The notes under the pieces are model-generated. The model saw only the letters and a list, made by a program, of their open reading frames with translations. It searched no databases and had not been told where the DNA came from. From NCBI GenBank assembly GCA_963770835.1, contig CAVYRH010000026.1:160001-224000 (forward strand): DNA of 64,000 nt, given 5' to 3'. A program made the translations under genes and the position numbers. Below, piece by piece: positions 28,333-37,205 of this stretch; position 1 is the first letter of the stretch; each line of letters opens with the position of its first letter. The DNA is from an uncultured Pseudomonadota bacterium. GTDB taxonomy: Bacteria; Oederibacteriota; Muellerivitia; Muellerivitales; Muellerivitaceae.

Positions 28333-28695
28333 ATGCGCAAGTTCGCCAAGACCCACGAGTGGTACGAAGACTTAGGCTCCGGCAAGATCAAAATCGGCAT
28401 TTCCAAACACGCGGCCCACGAGCTTTCCGACATCGTTTTCGTTGAGCTCCCCGACGTTGGAAAGAAGCTGGCGGATAAGCAAAGCCTTTGCGTGCTGGAA
28501 TCGGTGAAGGCCGTGGCCGACGCCTACAGTCCGGCGGGAACCGTGGTGGAAGTGAACACCAAGCTCAAGGACCAGGCGAGCCTGGTGAACCAGGACCCTG
28601 AAGGCGCCGGATGGATCGCCATTGTCCAGCTTGATAATCCGGGGGCTTTATCCGAGTATTTGACGGAAGAACAATACCTCGCGACACTCCACTGA
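28333..28695 (+). CDS. gcvH: Glycine cleavage system H protein
   Basis: THEW, DIVFVELP, lipoyl-lysine ESVKA. Confidence 0.95.
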   Translation: MRKFAKTHEWYEDLGSGKIKIGISKHAAHELSDIVFVELPDVGKKLADKQSLCVLESVKAVADAYSPAGTVVEVNTKLKDQASLVNQDPEGAGWIAIVQLDNPGALSEYLTEEQYLATLH

Positions 28696-28706
28696 AGAAA
28701 ATGAGT

Positions 28707-28779
28707 AATTAGGAGTTAGGAATTAGGAATTTGAAGTTTGCGGCCTTCATTCCTAATTACTAATTTCGAATTCCTAATT
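28707..28779. repeat. Heptamer tandem repeats forming an inverted pair
   Basis: AATTAGG-AGTTAGG-AATTAGG-AATT facing ATTCCTA-ATTACTA-ATTTCGA-ATTCCTA. Confidence 0.75.
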
Positions 28780-28789
28780 GGAGCCAAGA

Positions 28790-31516
28790 TTGGCATATAT
28801 ACCCATTACCCCAGCTGATGAAAAAGAAATGTTGGCGACGATAGGGGTGAAGAACCTCGACGACCTCTTCGCCGACGTGCCGCCCTCCCAGATCCTCAAG
28901 AACGGCCTCAACCTGCCCCATGGCCTCACCGAACCCGAGCTCAAGCGTTGGTTTTCCATGATCGGCCGCAACAACCAGCCGGTCTCCGACCGTCCCTGCT
29001 TTTTGGGGGCAGGCCTTTATTACCACGAGGTTCCGGCGGCGGTGAAGGCGGTGGTGACCCGGCCCGAATTCCTGACATCCTATACCCCCTACCAGCCCGA
29101 GATCGCGCAGGGAACGCTACAAGTCCTCTTCGACTTCCAAACCTACATGGCGGAACTGACCGGCCTGGAGGTCTCCAACGCCTCACTTTACGACGGCGCC
29201 TCCGCCGTGGCCGAGGCCGCGCTTTTGGCCCTGAGGATCAAGAAGGCCGAGTCCTTCGTATATGTTTCCCGGGGCGTGCATCCCGAGTACCGACAGACCA
29301 TCCAGACCTATTTGAACCCCCAGGGGCATCAGATCCGCGAGATCGGCTTGAAGGGCACCGAGACGGATCTGGAACAATTGAAGACCGACCTTTGGCCCAA
29401 TTCCGTGGTGGTGGTGCAATACCCCAATTTCCTCGGGACCATCGAGGACCTGGCGGCCATTTCCAAGATATGCAAAGAGAAGAATTCCTACCTGGTGGTG
29501 GCGGTGGCCGAGGGCATGAACCTGGCCCTTTTGCCCTCGCCGGGATCGCTCGGCGCGGATGTCTGCGCGGGAAGCGCCCAATCCTTCGGCAATATCCTGG
29601 AATTCGGCGGGCCCCACGCGGGCTTCCTGACCGCCCGCTTCGAGGATATCCGCCAAATGCCCGGCCGCATCGTGGGCGAAACGGTCGACCGCAACGGCAA
29701 GGCCGCCTGCGTGCTCACTTTTCAGGCGCGCGAACAACATATCCGCCGCGAAAGGGCGGCCTGCAACGTCTGCACCACCCAGTCCCTTATGGCCAACTTC
29801 GCCTCGGCCTGGCTTTACTTTAAAGGGGGGACGGGCGCCCAACAGGTAGCGAAGGATGGCGCGGCCATAGCCCATGCGGTGGCGACGGAAATCCAGAAAA
29901 TCCCCGGCTTCAAGGTGGAAACGGCCCGTTACGCCAACGAGTTCGTGGTCCACCCCCCCGCCGCCGGCTTCGCCAATTTCCTTTCCGAATGGGGCGTGGT
30001 AGCGCCTTATGACCTATCAACGGATTATCCGGAATACAAAGACTGTGTGCTGGTGGCCTGCACCGAACTGACCAGCCTGGAGGATATGGAATCCTTCATC
30101 TCGGCCTGCGAGGAATTCTCCGCCAAGGGCCACGCGGGGAAAGTCCACCAGAAGCCGACCCAACTGCCCAAATGGATCGAGATCCGCACCCCCGCCAAAA
30201 TCGAGGCCCATCCCGAAGTGGATCTGGTGCGTTATTACACCGACCTGGCCCGCAAAAATTTCTGCATCGACAACGGTTTTTACCCCTTGGGTTCCTGCAC
30301 CATGAAGTACAACCCGAAGGTCCACGAGGAAATCGCCTTCGCCGACGCCTGGGCCAACCTGCACCCCGCCCAGCGCGAGGACGAGGTCCAGGGGGCGCTC
30401 CAAGTGATGTACGACCTGGAACAATGGCTCAAGGAAATCACCGGCTGCCACGTCCTCACCTTGCAACCCGCCGCCGGGGCCCATGGGGAACTGACGGCCC
30501 TCTTGATGGCCAAGCGGTACTTCGCCGACCGGGGCGAGCACCAGAGGGTCAACGTGATCGTGCCGGACTCGGCCCACGGCACCAACCCGGCCTCCGCCAC
30601 CATGGCGGGCTGGAAGACCATCTCCATTCCCACCGACGAACGGGGAAACATGAACGTGGAACTCCTCAAGGCGAAGCTAGGGAAGGACACGGCGGTCTTG
30701 ATGCTGACGAACCCGAGCACGCTCGGGTTGTTCGAGGAACATATTTTGGAGGTGGCCAAGCTGGTCCATGACGCGGGGGGTCTTCTTTATTATGACGGCG
30801 CCAATATGAACGCCATTGTGGGGATCTGCCGGCCGGCGGATATGGGGTTCGACTTGGTGCATCTGAATCTTCACAAGACGTTTTCCACGCCGCACGGCGG
30901 CGGCGGGCCGGGATCGGGGCCGGTGGGGGCCACGAAGGCGCTGGAGCCCTACTTGCCGGAACCCAGGGTCTTCAAGGAAGGGAACCGCTATTACTTGAAG
31001 TCCGGTTCGCCCCAATCCATCGGGCGGATGAAAGGCAACGTCGGCAATTTCGGGGTGCTGCTCCGGGCGCTGGCCTATTGCAAGCGCCTGGGGAAGGAAG
31101 GGCTGGAAAGAGTGGGCCGCATCGCCACCTTGAACGCCAACTACCTCTTGGCGCGGCTGAAGAACCACTACCCGGTGGCCTACGACCGCCTGTGCAAGCA
31201 CGAGTTCGTGCTGACCGCCGAACCACTGAAGAAAAAGTACGGCATCTCGGCGCTGGATATCGCCAAGCGCCTCATCGACTTCAACTACCACCCGCCCACC
31301 ATTTATTTCCCGTTGGTGGTGCCGGAGTCCATCATGGTGGAGCCCACCGAAACCGAAACCAAGAAGACTTTGGACGAGTTCGTGGACGCCATGCTCAAGA
31401 TCCGCACCGAAATGGAAATCAATCCCGACGTCTTCAAGAATGCGCCCTACTCCACGCCGGTTTCCCGGCTGGACGAGGTTAAGGCCGTCAAAGAACCGAA
31501 ACTCGTTAAAAAGTAA
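28790..31516 (+). CDS. gcvP: Glycine dehydrogenase (decarboxylating), P1+P2 in one chain
   Basis: YTPYQPEIAQG, SNASLYDG, REQHIRRERA, PLGSCTMKYNP, PLP lysine HLNLHKTF; TTG 28790 with GGAG SD. Confidence 0.95.
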   Translation: MAYIPITPADEKEMLATIGVKNLDDLFADVPPSQILKNGLNLPHGLTEPELKRWFSMIGRNNQPVSDRPCFLGAGLYYHEVPAAVKAVVTRPEFLTSYTPYQPEIAQGTLQVLFDFQTYMAELTGLEVSNASLYDGASAVAEAALLALRIKKAESFVYVSRGVHPEYRQTIQTYLNPQGHQIREIGLKGTETDLEQLKTDLWPNSVVVVQYPNFLGTIEDLAAISKICKEKNSYLVVAVAEGMNLALLPSPGSLGADVCAGSAQSFGNILEFGGPHAGFLTARFEDIRQMPGRIVGETVDRNGKAACVLTFQAREQHIRRERAACNVCTTQSLMANFASAWLYFKGGTGAQQVAKDGAAIAHAVATEIQKIPGFKVETARYANEFVVHPPAAGFANFLSEWGVVAPYDLSTDYPEYKDCVLVACTELTSLEDMESFISACEEFSAKGHAGKVHQKPTQLPKWIEIRTPAKIEAHPEVDLVRYYTDLARKNFCIDNGFYPLGSCTMKYNPKVHEEIAFADAWANLHPAQREDEVQGALQVMYDLEQWLKEITGCHVLTLQPAAGAHGELTALLMAKRYFADRGEHQRVNVIVPDSAHGTNPASATMAGWKTISIPTDERGNMNVELLKAKLGKDTAVLMLTNPSTLGLFEEHILEVAKLVHDAGGLLYYDGANMNAIVGICRPADMGFDLVHLNLHKTFSTPHGGGGPGSGPVGATKALEPYLPEPRVFKEGNRYYLKSGSPQSIGRMKGNVGNFGVLLRALAYCKRLGKEGLERVGRIATLNANYLLARLKNHYPVAYDRLCKHEFVLTAEPLKKKYGISALDIAKRLIDFNYHPPTIYFPLVVPESIMVEPTETETKKTLDEFVDAMLKIRTEMEINPDVFKNAPYSTPVSRLDEVKAVKEPKLVKK

Positions 31517-31573
31517 ATCTTGCCCTGAATGAAGCCGTTTTTAACCTTCCTCCCCCCGGTAGTAACCGAAAAA

Positions 31574-31603
31574 GAAACCCTCTCCCGTGGTTGGTGCGTC
31601 TAA
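31574..31603 (+). promoter_or_regulatory. Putative ECF sigma promoter
   Basis: GAAAC-N18-CGTCTAA upstream of 31656. Confidence 0.5.
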
Positions 31604-31655
31604 AATGGGTAGCCGTTGGGGCCTTCCAAGGCCCGATCTTTCGGAGGGGGTTCTT

Positions 31656-32999
31656 ATGAACCGAATTACTGCTTTGATCGTCGCGATTCTTTTTATTCCC
31701 GCTTTGACCGTATTGGCAGATAACAACAATTCCCACTCAGGCAGGAACAATAATTCCGGAGGCCGGACTACCTCCGGCCGGACGAAGTCCTCCCCGGCCC
31801 CGGCCCGGCAGCCGGTGGTCATCAACATGTCCCGTCCCTCCAGCGGCGGTCATAACCAGAACTTTCCCTCCCAAAGGCCGGCCCCGCAAACCGCGAAACC
31901 CTCCCAGCCTTCCTATGGCCGGCTTAATTGGACCGCTCCGTCCGGCGGGACCCACACCTTCAACCAAGGCACCCGCCCGGGCCAGTCGCCCGTCCTGGTC
32001 CACACGAGGCCCAACGCGGGAGCCTATACCAGTCCCGGGCTCAAGGCCGCCGTGGCGGTGCATCACCATCCCTATACGCAGGGCTATGTCCGCAAGAAAC
32101 TGCAGAATATCGGCGTGACCCGTGAGCCCTCCCTTATCACCGACCGTTCGGAGATCATCCATACCTCGCGGCAATATTCCACCATCCACTTCCCCACCCA
32201 AGGGCCGGACCGCCTTGCCATCAACGCCGTGGCCGTTTCGCCCCGCCATTTCAACGACCCCATCGTGCGGGACCACATGGCCCTGGTGGACAGCGGGGAT
32301 TGGCACGCCAGGATCGAAGGCTTCAATGCCTCCGAAAACCAGCGCAACCAGTACTACTGGCACAATGACAACAGCTTCAACTATTGCCACTACATCGACA
32401 ACCAGGGTTACCATTGGTGGGGATGGTACGTGGGCAACCAGTTTTTCTGGAACCGTTATTACGGCAACCGCTGGTGGTGGTATGACTCTGGTTTTGACCG
32501 CTGGTGTTTCTGGAACGAGGGTTATTGGTGGTGGCAGGATCCCTACCACGTGGGCGACCTCTATTGCTACAACAACGATAGTTACATCCCTTGCAACTCG
32601 GCGGAGGACCAGGTGGTCGTGACCAGTTCGGACACCGCCGAATCCCAGGTCTACAGCAGCCCGGATGGAACCCGCCAGGTGAAGGTGGTTCCCGGAACCC
32701 AGGACGCCTTCCTTTACGATACGTCCAACCCGCCTTCCTTCCAGCCGGTTTACCTGGCTTCGGGGGTGGAGAGCGTGACCTATTCGGACACCAGCAACGG
32801 TAGGCCCTTGGAGATCGTGCTGAAGCTCAACGACGGCTCCTACGACATGTTCGACGAGAATGGGAATTCCTACGGACCGGGCAATTACGACGCGGACCAG
32901 GCCACCATCGGCGGCCCGGATGACGGGGCCGCCAACAACCCGCCGCCGGATGGGGCGACGGCGCCCCCGGCCCCGGACAATGAAACGAACGGGACTTAA
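31656..32999 (+). CDS. Secreted hypothetical protein with low-complexity N-terminus and Trp/Tyr/Asn-rich segment
   Basis: GGAGG SD, signal peptide, typical codon bias; YHWWGWY...RWWWY...YWWWQ. Confidence 0.75.
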   Translation: MNRITALIVAILFIPALTVLADNNNSHSGRNNNSGGRTTSGRTKSSPAPARQPVVINMSRPSSGGHNQNFPSQRPAPQTAKPSQPSYGRLNWTAPSGGTHTFNQGTRPGQSPVLVHTRPNAGAYTSPGLKAAVAVHHHPYTQGYVRKKLQNIGVTREPSLITDRSEIIHTSRQYSTIHFPTQGPDRLAINAVAVSPRHFNDPIVRDHMALVDSGDWHARIEGFNASENQRNQYYWHNDNSFNYCHYIDNQGYHWWGWYVGNQFFWNRYYGNRWWWYDSGFDRWCFWNEGYWWWQDPYHVGDLYCYNNDSYIPCNSAEDQVVVTSSDTAESQVYSSPDGTRQVKVVPGTQDAFLYDTSNPPSFQPVYLASGVESVTYSDTSNGRPLEIVLKLNDGSYDMFDENGNSYGPGNYDADQATIGGPDDGAANNPPPDGATAPPAPDNETNGT

Positions 33000-33004
33000 A
33001 CTTT

Positions 33005-33156
33005 GAACCGGTAACAAAATTACTCCAAACCCTCACCCCCTTGCGGGAGAGGGTAGGGTGAGGGGTGGCTGAAGCTAGGGAATCACCCTCACCCCGGCCC
33101 TCTCCCCTCGAGGGAGAGGGGGAAAAGTCTTAAAAATCGACTATTGTTTCCGGTTC
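33005..33156. repeat. Nested palindromic element: 13-bp outer IR enclosing a REP-like doublet
   Basis: GAACCGGTAACAA / TTGTTTCCGGTTC (12/13) around GGGAGAGGGTAGGGTGAGGG and CCCTCACCCCGGCCCTCTCCC..GGGAGAGGG; same REP family as 15691-15847. Confidence 0.8.
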
Positions 33157-33205
33157 TTAATTAAAAGGATGGGTTCGATTGGGTCACCATCGGTTCCAGG
33201 CGTGG

Positions 33206-33958
33206 ATGGGGGTCCTGCGGTTTGCGGTGATCCTCATCCTTATTTCCGCTTCGGCGGCCATGGCCGCCACGTCCTGGGAGTACTACCAGGCGGGGATGCG
33301 GTTTTATAACGGCCATGACTACGGCCAGGCCGCGCGCTATTTCCAAGCCGCGATCCAGCAGGACCCCAACAACTGGCAGGCCTACCAGGGCCTGGGCCTT
33401 TGTGATTACGCGCTGGGGGACAGGCCGGGAGCCAAGCAGGCCTTCGACCAATCCTTGAGGATCCACCCCGACAACCCCCAGCTCGCTCGCTTCGACGAGA
33501 GCCTGGATTCCGCCGTCCCGGCCTCCCCCGCCGGAAACAATCCCCGGCGCTCCACCATCACGGGCGGCGGCAATTTCGGGCTGGGATTAGTATTGGGGGC
33601 GCCCGGCGATTGGGGAGCCTCGGGCAAGTACTGGGTGGACGCCCAGAATGCCTTCCAGGGGGCCGTGAAATTCGCGGGCGGCGGAACGGTCCTGCAATTC
33701 CAATACCTCTGGCACGATTACGACGTCATCCATCCCGCCCAGGGGGCTTTTCCCTTTTATATCGGCGTGGGGGGCGACTTGGCCTTAGGGGGTGGCGTGG
33801 CTTTGGCGGGCTGTCTGCCCGTCGGATTGGATTACCTGTTCCAAAGGAAATCCGTTCCGCTGGATATCTTCGTGGAAGCCGTACCCACCTTGTGGTTCGG
33901 CACAGGCGGGGCCAGCTTCCAGATCTACGCCAACTTGGGAAGCCGGTTTTATTTTTAA
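33206..33958 (+). CDS. TPR domain fused to a small outer-membrane beta-barrel-like domain
   Basis: signal peptide; two TPRs (YFQAAIQQDPNNWQAY); alternating beta strands ending in GSRFYF. Confidence 0.65.
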   Translation: MGVLRFAVILILISASAAMAATSWEYYQAGMRFYNGHDYGQAARYFQAAIQQDPNNWQAYQGLGLCDYALGDRPGAKQAFDQSLRIHPDNPQLARFDESLDSAVPASPAGNNPRRSTITGGGNFGLGLVLGAPGDWGASGKYWVDAQNAFQGAVKFAGGGTVLQFQYLWHDYDVIHPAQGAFPFYIGVGGDLALGGGVALAGCLPVGLDYLFQRKSVPLDIFVEAVPTLWFGTGGASFQIYANLGSRFYF

Positions 33959-33994
33959 GCGCTTATTTCGAGGCCGCGGACAAGCGGGTGCGGT

Positions 33995-34426
33995 ATGGGA
34001 GAAACATTCGGGTCGAGGATTCTGGTTGTTCTTCTGGTGGGAAGTTTTCTTAACCCATTGGCGGGATGCGCTAAAAGGCCTGGCGCGGTTTCGTTCGCGA
34101 GTGACGCTTATTCGCCGGGCGGAGGGGCGGCTCAAATGGAGCTTGCCCCACCCCCCAGCCCCATCTTTCGAAAAGAGAAACCTCAAGCTTCCTTAGGGTT
34201 GGGACTGTTTCCTGGAGGGTATTCGGACGTTCCGGGCCTTTATCAGGAGCAGCAAGATTCCTCCCACCGGTTGGACTCCATTAACGACTATCTCTACTCC
34301 AATTGCTCGGCCCGGCCGGTGAAATTAACCGGGATGGATCATTTCATAAATCAGCTTTGGAACCTGGGCAAGTTCGCCATTGCGGGGGCCGCGTTTATCG
34401 GGTATGTGGAAACCCAAAGAAAGTAA
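33995..34426 (+). CDS. Putative lipoprotein
   Basis: LAGC lipobox after a hydrophobic stretch. Confidence 0.45.
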   Translation: MGETFGSRILVVLLVGSFLNPLAGCAKRPGAVSFASDAYSPGGGAAQMELAPPPSPIFRKEKPQASLGLGLFPGGYSDVPGLYQEQQDSSHRLDSINDYLYSNCSARPVKLTGMDHFINQLWNLGKFAIAGAAFIGYVETQRK

Positions 34427-34459
34427 GACCGAACCTCGAAACAGAAAGGCTAGGGTTTT

Positions 34460-34861
34460 ATGGCGGTGAAAAAGAATAAGCCGGTTACCACTGAAAAAGA
34501 CCCCCGGACCTATTGGGCCTTGGAACGGACTTTCCTGGCGTGGCTTCGCACGGGGCTGGCCCTGATGGGGTTCGGTTTCGTCGTGGCCCGCTTCGGGCTT
34601 TTCCTGCGGATGCTGGAAGCCAAGGGAGCAGGGGATTTGTCCGCCGCCGGGCACGGCTGGTCCATGGTCTTCGGGACGGCCTTGGTGCTTTTGGGGGCGC
34701 TGGTCCAGGGAGGCGCCCTGGCCGCCTATCTTCGCGGAACGGCCCGGCTGGAAAAGGGCGAAACGCCCGAGGTCAAATCCTCTTTCCTGGCCGTAGGCTC
34801 GGCCCTCGTGCTTATCGTCATCGCAGTCGTGATGGCCTTCTACCTGATCCTCAAAGGATAA
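34460..34861 (+). CDS. DUF202 / YidH family membrane protein
   Basis: ALERTFLAWLRTGLALMGFGF. Confidence 0.9.
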   Translation: MAVKKNKPVTTEKDPRTYWALERTFLAWLRTGLALMGFGFVVARFGLFLRMLEAKGAGDLSAAGHGWSMVFGTALVLLGALVQGGALAAYLRGTARLEKGETPEVKSSFLAVGSALVLIVIAVVMAFYLILKG

Positions 34862-34862
34862 G

Positions 34863-35039
34863 AGTCCCTAACGTTGAGTTTGGGGCCACCGTCTTTTTAA
34901 CCGCTTTGTCACTTTGTGGTTCCCTCATCGGCCCCTAGAATGGCGCTCTCTGAACCAGTCCAAGGAGCCGGTGTGTGCCGGCCCTCCATTTCATGCGGCG
35001 AGCCGCACGAAGGATTAAACCTTAAACGGCAGTTGGGCC
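34863..35039 (+). ncRNA. ssrS: Probable 6S RNA
   Basis: ~175 nt whose ends pair (CCTAAC/GTTGGG, GTTTGGGG/CCTTAAAC, GTCTTTT/GAAGGAT); 5' GTCCC, TTTTAACCG and 3' ACGGCA..TTGGG resemble 6S RNA hallmarks. Confidence 0.55.
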
Positions 35040-35165
35040 GCAAATCAGCGTAAATTTTCGCAGATTTAAAAGACAAAATCCAAAAAGGCATTCCACCTTT
35101 TGGGTAAAAGTAGTGAAGATTGTTTTTTGTTTAAAAATCAGCGTCAATCCGCGCAAATCTGCGGC
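35037..35165. repeat. Imperfect inverted repeat built from ~10-nt CGCAGATT-like units
   Basis: GCCGCAAATCAGCGTAAATTTTCGCAGATTT facing AAATCAGCGTCAATCCGCGCAAATCTGCGGC. Confidence 0.6.
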
Positions 35166-35197
35166 TAATGCTTTTTTTAGATTAAAGGAAAGTCGGC

Positions 35198-37171
35198 ATG
35201 GCCAAAAACAAAGTGGAGGAAGTCGTCCTGGGCAAAACCCTGGACCCCACGGACAAGAACGTCTTCCACAAGATCAGCTTGATCGCCTTCCTGGCCTGGG
35301 TGGGCTTGGGCGCCGACGGGCTTTCCTCCGCCGCTTACGGGCCGCCGGAGGCCTACAAGGCCCTGGGCGCCGCCTACCACCATATTTCCATCTTCCTGGC
35401 CCTGGCCACCGCCGTGACGGTCTTCATCATCTCCGCCAGCTACAACCAGATCATCGAGTATTTCCCCAACGGCGGGGGCGGCTATGTGGTGGCCAGCAAG
35501 CTTCTCTCCCCCGTGGCGGGGCTTTTTTCCGGCTGTGCCCTGCTGGTGGACTATATCTTGGACATCTCCATTTCCATCGCCGCCGCCGTGGATGCCATCG
35601 GCTCCTTCTCCCCGCTTATCGTTCCCCACAAGCTGGCCCTCGAGGTGGCCGCAGTGCTTTTCCTCATTTGGCTGAACTTGCGGGGGATCAGCGAATCCAT
35701 CAAGACCCTCCTGCCCCTCTTCCTCCTTTTCGTGGCCACCCATATCCTTTTGATCGGGGTCGGGCTGTGGAGCCATTTCCAGCAAATCCCCGCGGTCATC
35801 CAGGGCGCTTTCACCGAGACCCACCAGATCATTTCCGGCCCGCTGGGGTTTTGGGGCTTCCTGGTCATCTTTTTCACCGCCTACAGCCTGGGCGGCGGGA
35901 CCTACACGGGGCTCGAGGCGGTTTCCAGCGGAATGGCCAGCCTGGAGGAGCCCCGGGTGAGGACGGGGCAGCGCACCATGATGTACATGGCCGTTTCGCT
36001 CTCCCTGGCGGCCGGGGGCATACTGTTCCTTTACGTGCTTTTCGACGTGCAGTTCCAGCCGGACAAGACCCTCAACACCTCCCTGGCCGACGCGATTTTC
36101 CTGCCCCTTTTCGGCGGGCAGTGGGGCTCCTGGATTTCCATTACGACCATTCTTTCCGAGGGGCTCCTGCTTTTCATCGCGGCCCAAACCGGCTTCATCG
36201 GCGGCCCCATCGTGATGGCCAACCTGGCCGTGGATGCCTGGCTGCCCCAGCGCTTCGCCAACCTGTCCCACCAGCTGGTGCGCATGAACGGAATCCTTTT
36301 CATCGGCGGCGTCTCATTGGTCCTGCTCCTGCTTTCCAAGGGAAACGTGGACTTTTTGATCATCCTCTTCGCCATCAACGTCTTCATCACCTTCAACCTC
36401 TCCCAGCTTTCCATGTGTGTCCATTGGTGGAAGGTGCGCAAGGAGAAAAAGGGCTGGTATTGGAAGTTTTTCATCAACGGGCTGGGCTTTTGCCTGACCA
36501 CCATCGTCCTGACGGCCACGCTGGCCACGAAGTTCACCCAAGGGGGCTTCATCACGCTGCTCATCACGGGGGCCCTGATCGTCCTTTGCTTTTTGGTCAA
36601 GCGCCATTACCAAAGCGTGGCGACGGCCTTGAAACGCCTGGACGAGACTCTTTCCGACCTGCCCCTTCCCCCCGCCTCAAAAAGGGGCAAAAAGAAGGAC
36701 GCCTGCGACCGGGACAAGCACACGGCAGTGGTGCTGGTGGACCGCTTTGGGGGGCTGGGCATCCACGCGGTCTTTTCCACCGAGAAGATCTTCGAGAACC
36801 GCTTCAAGGATTTTCTTTTTCTTTCCATCGCCCGGGTCGACTCCGGCCAGTTCAAGGGGATCGAGGAGCTGGATAACTTGAAGAAAAACACCGAGGACAA
36901 CCTGAGGCAATACGTGGACCTGGTTAACCGCATGGGGTGCCGGGGGGAATACCGTTACGCCGTGGCCACGGACCTGATCGAGGGCATGGAGGAACTCTGC
37001 CAAAAAGTGTCGGGGGATTTCAAGAACCCCACCTTTTTCATCGGGAAGCTCATCTTCGCCAAGGAATCCCTTTGGACGCCCTTCCTGCACAACCATATCG
37101 CCCTGGAAATCCAGCGGCGGCTGATCTTCAAGGGGCTCAACATGATGGTCGTGCCGGTAAGGGTGCTATAG
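35198..37171 (+). CDS. APC family permease, KimA/YdaO-like potassium transporter
   Basis: DGLSSAAYGP, YFPNGGGGY, TGLEAVSSG; ~12 TM plus a soluble C-terminal domain. Confidence 0.8.
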   Translation: MAKNKVEEVVLGKTLDPTDKNVFHKISLIAFLAWVGLGADGLSSAAYGPPEAYKALGAAYHHISIFLALATAVTVFIISASYNQIIEYFPNGGGGYVVASKLLSPVAGLFSGCALLVDYILDISISIAAAVDAIGSFSPLIVPHKLALEVAAVLFLIWLNLRGISESIKTLLPLFLLFVATHILLIGVGLWSHFQQIPAVIQGAFTETHQIISGPLGFWGFLVIFFTAYSLGGGTYTGLEAVSSGMASLEEPRVRTGQRTMMYMAVSLSLAAGGILFLYVLFDVQFQPDKTLNTSLADAIFLPLFGGQWGSWISITTILSEGLLLFIAAQTGFIGGPIVMANLAVDAWLPQRFANLSHQLVRMNGILFIGGVSLVLLLLSKGNVDFLIILFAINVFITFNLSQLSMCVHWWKVRKEKKGWYWKFFINGLGFCLTTIVLTATLATKFTQGGFITLLITGALIVLCFLVKRHYQSVATALKRLDETLSDLPLPPASKRGKKKDACDRDKHTAVVLVDRFGGLGIHAVFSTEKIFENRFKDFLFLSIARVDSGQFKGIEELDNLKKNTEDNLRQYVDLVNRMGCRGEYRYAVATDLIEGMEELCQKVSGDFKNPTFFIGKLIFAKESLWTPFLHNHIALEIQRRLIFKGLNMMVVPVRVL

Positions 37172-37202
37172 CCGACGGCTGACAACCGAGGACCGACAGC
37201 TG
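37171..37202. repeat. Degenerate heptamer tandem repeat between convergent genes
   Basis: GCCGACG-GCTGACA-ACCGAGG-ACCGACA-GCTG. Confidence 0.45.
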
Positions 37203-37205
37203 GCT

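Noticed and set aside
34862..35197. c-di-AMP (ydaO) riboswitch upstream of the KimA-like gene
   Set aside because: Expected GCTGAA / GGGGGA.CC / GGGTGAAT elements not seen; the end-to-end pairing fits 6S better
35183..35200. AAAGGAAAGTCGGCATG at the KimA-like start resembling the lipA start/element end
   Set aside because: No core or opposite arm of the element nearby; may be a chance SD-plus-start similarity
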